Made by a program: the position numbers and the translations under genes. From assembly GCA_965603825.1 (NCBI GenBank), contig CBFDEM010000015.1, forward strand, positions 434,001-498,000: a stretch of DNA of 64,000 nucleotides. Reading direction: 5' to 3'. Under the pieces are notes generated by a model. It was not told where the DNA came from. It did not search any database and worked only from the letters and a program-made list of their open reading frames with translations. Source of the DNA: Blepharisma stoltei ATCC 30299. Its lineage: Eukaryota; Protista; Ciliophora. This document shows positions 60,296 through 64,000 of this stretch, one piece after another (position 1 is the stretch's first letter; each line of letters opens with the position of its first letter).

Positions 60296-60751
60296 ATGCA
60301 ATCTGGCCCATCACCAAACATAGATTTAACTCTTTTATCATCGATGCTTTCAGACATGAATTCCAAATCCTTTCCAGACCTGTTTCCAACATCTTTGACA
60401 CTGCCTCCTATCAAGAGCCTTATTGATACAAAACCTGAAGAAGATATAGAAATGCCTCCACAATCTCCTGTACAGTCTCTGAAAGCTAAAAGACGCCGAA
60501 AGACTCAAAAAATAACAGCCTGTCAACATCAAGATAAAAAACACTATGCAAGAGGTATGTGTAATTCCTGCTATCATAGATATGGCAGGGAGACATATGC
60601 GTGACTTTGTGAGCACACTAAAAGAAAGCTATATGCAAAAGGTATGTGCGAGCCATGCTACAACAAGCAGCATGCGGAAACCGGTACCAAAATTAGGATC
60701 TCCAAAACGTTAATGGATTCCTATCAAACGACAGAAATTGATTCAATATAA
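60296..60751 (+). CDS. Small protein with two CxH...YA[KR]GMCxxCY zinc-finger-like repeats, 151 aa
   Basis: Reading through TGA at 60602 yields a second repeat (CEHTKRKLYAKGMCEPCY) matching the first (CQHQDKKHYARGMCNSCY). Confidence 0.8.
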
Positions 60752-61001
60752 ATAATTTCCTAAACTCATTAATTAGTTTAACGCATAATTTAGGACGGCT
60801 ACATACATTTGATCAGAATTTTTGACAGTGCGGAAATTACTCTAAAAAGTTTAGTCGAAATTTTATGAAAATATCACAGTTTCTTGAAAATTAGCGTTAA
60901 AATTCCAGAGATAATATCCTACTATTAAATATTTGAACAAATTTTCTCTTGAACTAATTCAGAAATAGCGAATATTTTCTTCATTATAACCTTTATTGAA
61001 A

Positions 61002-62015
61002 ATGAAGCCAAATTCAAGATCTCAATACAAGCTGTCTCAAACAAACGAACTAGCGCAGCTCTGAATGCCTACTCTTGCTAGCAAAAGTTTTAGATCTGGA
61101 AGAAGATTATTTAACGTTAATAAAAACCAGCAAACTTATGGCCTTGCGTATGAGTCGATGAGTCCTCATCTAAGCTATGATTTTTCAGCCAAATCTTTAC
61201 CAAAATCTACAGTTCATAGAGAAATTGAAGATAGTGATAAAAATAGCATTGAAGCAGCCCCACAAAAAATAAATCCAGAGATTAAAAAAGAAAACGACAC
61301 TATTTTAGCACCAATTAAATTTTCTCAGAGCCAAAGTTTGAGTCCTGTTCCAATAGAGAAAAAAGCAGCATATGCACTTCAAATATATAATAATATCAAT
61401 AAAGACCTAGCAGAAAAATTCGAAATAAACGAAAAGATAAAGCAAAGAGAAGAAGCTCTGAAAAATCAAGCATTTCAATATGAAAGAGTAAGGCAAGAAC
61501 TTATAGAGAAAGAATCTAGAATTGCAAGAAAAATTGAAGAGCTCAAACGAAAAAAAGAGTATGAAAAAAATGCTTATAAAGAACTTCATCAATTTGATGA
61601 AGATAGTCCATATAATGCAAAGCAAAATCGCAGCTATGAAAACCCTCAAAAAGCTATAACTGATTCTGCAATTATGGAGGGTTCGCCTTTAAGTGCCAAG
61701 GAAAAATTTGCAATGGATAGTTCACTATCAGAATCTCTTAGAGATACTTATAACTTGATTCAAAATAAATCCAAAACAAATATTATACCTTCAAAGGCAA
61801 ACACGATTAATTATGATATTAATACTAGATATACCAAGCAAAGCCCTAAGCCTCAAATCAGTTACCCAATTGCTGGCTTTCCAGGAGCAATGATTTCACC
61901 ATTTAGAGAGGATTCCAAAAATATTTTTCATTCAGATGAAAAACTCAACCGCTTCCAGGGCGAAAAATCTTTAGCTGGATATGGAAATCTAATAATTCAA
62001 AGTAAACAATCATAA
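61002..62015 (+). CDS. Hypothetical coiled-coil protein
   Basis: Open frame 61065-62015, extended in frame from ATG 61002 via TGA at 61062; true start uncertain. Confidence 0.65.
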
Positions 62016-62049
62016 ATCACTAATGTATATTTATAGCTCTCAAATAAAA

Positions 62050-63147
62050 ATGAAGATAATACCTATTGTGCTTATTATAGTAGTAAGCTGACTTGTTTAT
62101 TTCGTAATAAATTGCTTAGATTTATTTGTCAATGTAAAGCTCCATCATGATGAAGATTGCGAAAAAATTATGCTTCCTCTAGAAGCTGAAGATTTAGCAT
62201 GATATGGAAATGTTATAATTTCAGGGATGAGCGACCTTAAAGCAAGCTTTTACAAGCATTTAGCAGCAAAACAAATCCAGAAAGGATCTCTAATCTATAT
62301 CGACCCTATTTCTAAATCTTGGGGTTATATCTCTATGATAAATTATCCTGAAAATTTGCCATTTAATCCAATTGGATTCGATATTTATAACAACAAAACT
62401 CTTTATGCAATTAATACAGCATTTGGGGACTTTGGAGAAAGAATTGAAGTCTTTTCTCTATCTGACTCAAAAGAAGGAATACAAGCCCACTACTTGAGAT
62501 CAATAATTTTTGGAAATAATTGGCTTGGCAAGCTAAATGATATCGCTGTCCTTAAAGAAGGCCATTTTTATGTTTCAGAAGAAATTTTTTACCCAGATAC
62601 GCCTGAAGGTAGAGATCATTCATTTTGGCCTTCAATAAAAAATATGATATGGAGTATCATAGGAAATATTCAAGTGTTATGTATTGCAAAGAAGCTACAG
62701 ACAAAGCTCCTGAATGCACTCGCCAAGATTATAGTTATATGGAGTTACTATTTTAAATAACCAGCTTTTTGCTTCAGATACTCTGGGGGATGTTGTAAAT
62801 ATTTATAATATCCAAAACGATTATAGTCTCATGAAGGTCGAAACTATTAAATTCCAGCATCATATGGATAATATTATAAAACAGAATAATGGATCATTAT
62901 TAGTGAGTGGGATCAAAAAAAATTTTCAGTTTATGGACTCAACTGAAAAAATTAAATCAGGGAAAGAAAGTGAGCCAATTACATCTGCTGTGAGCAGGAT
63001 AACAAAAAATGACGGGAAATGTCTGTGGAAGAGATCATTATGCAAGATAAAATTGGAGCGTCATCAGCTATTCTTGTAGATAGGAAAACTTTAATTATCA
63101 GCTCAATGGTTGATACATTTCTCTTAGTCTGCTCATTAAAGGAATAA
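62050..63147 (+). pseudogene. Paraoxonase/arylesterase paralog with three frameshifts
   Basis: Aligns with the PON genes at 42117 and 63220, but needs frame changes near 62665, 62740 and 63020. TGA(Trp) at 62089 and 62200. Confidence 0.75.
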
Positions 63148-63219
63148 TTCAGCTTGATATTTTAGCATCTTAATTAATCTAAATATTTTCACTATGGAAT
63201 AATTTGCTTAGAAATTATA

Positions 63220-64000
63220 ATGATTACTAAGATCATTTTTAGCATTTTTGTGATTGTTATAAGCTGGCTTTCCTACTATTTTATTGACGTTCTTGATATT
63301 TTTGTTGTTACACAATTGCATGACCATGAAAATTGTAAAGCATTCGCTATTCCTCTAGCAGCTGAAGACTTCGAGATATATGGAAATCTTTTAATATCAG
63401 GGATAGCTGATCGAAAACATTTTGATGTAAAAGATCAGATTAAAGGCTCGCTACTTTATTTTGACTCCGAAGCCAAAACATATGGATTTATTAAGCTTTC
63501 TAAGTTCCCTGCTGATCTCCCTTTTCATCCTCATGGAATTTATTTATTCGATAATTCTACTCTATATGTCCTGAACCATGCTTATGGCGATTATGGAGAA
63601 AGAATTGAAATTTTTTACCTAATGGAATCCAAACCAGAAAGAATCAGGGCAAAATACGTAAGATCTATTGTATTTCCCAATGAGTTTCTAGGAAAGCTAA
63701 ATGATATAGCTGTTATAAAGGATGGGCATTTCTATGTGACTGAGTGGATTCCTACTCCAGACACACCTGAAGGAAGAGATGTTTCTGTATGGACAACTCT
63801 TAAAAGAAACTTTTATATGATGGGGAAAAATACAAATCTTTATTACTGCAAAGAAATTAAAGGGCAAAGTCCATATTGTGTAATTCAAGACACTGAGAGA
63901 AGCTTCAACGGAGTTTACATATCAAACAACCAACTTTTTGCTGTTGAATCTATTGAAAGAAAGATAAAAATTTATGACATAAAAGAAAATTTCAGTCTTT
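63220..64000 (+). CDS. Paraoxonase/arylesterase, 3'-truncated by the window edge
   Basis: MITKIIF...SWLSYY...AEDFEIYG...PFHPHG...LNDI...PDTPEGRD; open to the end of the window. Confidence 0.85.
   Translation, partial: MITKIIFSIFVIVISWLSYYFIDVLDIFVVTQLHDHENCKAFAIPLAAEDFEIYGNLLISGIADRKHFDVKDQIKGSLLYFDSEAKTYGFIKLSKFPADLPFHPHGIYLFDNSTLYVLNHAYGDYGERIEIFYLMESKPERIRAKYVRSIVFPNEFLGKLNDIAVIKDGHFYVTEWIPTPDTPEGRDVSVWTTLKRNFYMMGKNTNLYYCKEIKGQSPYCVIQDTERSFNGVYISNNQLFAVESIERKIKIYDIKENFSL

Noticed and set aside
62650-63030. Euplotes-style programmed +1 frameshifting in the PON copy
   Set aside because: There is no AAA-TAA/TAG motif at the shift sites, and no other host gene in the window needs such shifts.
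4129-63888. Numerous short antisense or overlapping ORFs in the track (e.g. 19898..20605, 29952..30305, 37163..37525)
   Set aside because: They are shadows of real genes on the opposite strand, with Ser/Phe/Leu-rich composition and no motifs.
1-64000. Telomeric repeats, IESs, tRNA/rRNA genes, CRISPR arrays
   Set aside because: None recognised by eye, and host genes are uninterrupted as expected for macronuclear DNA. The scan was not exhaustive.

Overview
This is gene-dense, AT-rich eukaryotic DNA that reads as the somatic (macronuclear) genome of a heterotrich ciliate of the Blepharisma type. TGA is read as Trp: there are about 25 in-frame TGAs, several at conserved Trp positions and two aligned with TGG in paralogs inside this window. 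TAA and TAG are stops, introns are tiny (two 15-nt GT-AG introns found) and intergenic spacers are as short as 8-25 nt. The supplied ORF track treats TGA as stop, so it splits many genes. Re-read with TGA=Trp, about 37 intact host genes emerge, including eIF6, citrate carrier, CHMP7, SSX2IP/ADIP-like, malectin, a 3991-aa HECT E3, SmB, Rh transporter, PITH protein, RPS6, RPT1, a plant-type vacuolar sorting receptor, LRRC45-like, RPL4, an F-box protein, ABC ATPases, paraoxonases, GPN1, PP2C, IDH3, EMC8/9 and two RING-WWE-like paralogs. The first ~3.8 kb is different. It holds a decayed bacterial IS481 transposase of the Rickettsia type with its right terminal repeat, decayed ORF fragments and one intact Rickettsiales-style ORF head-to-head with host eIF6. 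This is a candidate endosymbiont-to-ciliate gene transfer, or an assembly chimera. Other highlights are a p27/KRP-like CDK inhibitor, TGA-ATG junctions at domain boundaries and a frameshifted paraoxonase copy in a tandem array. All family calls come from motif recognition by eye; no database searches were run.
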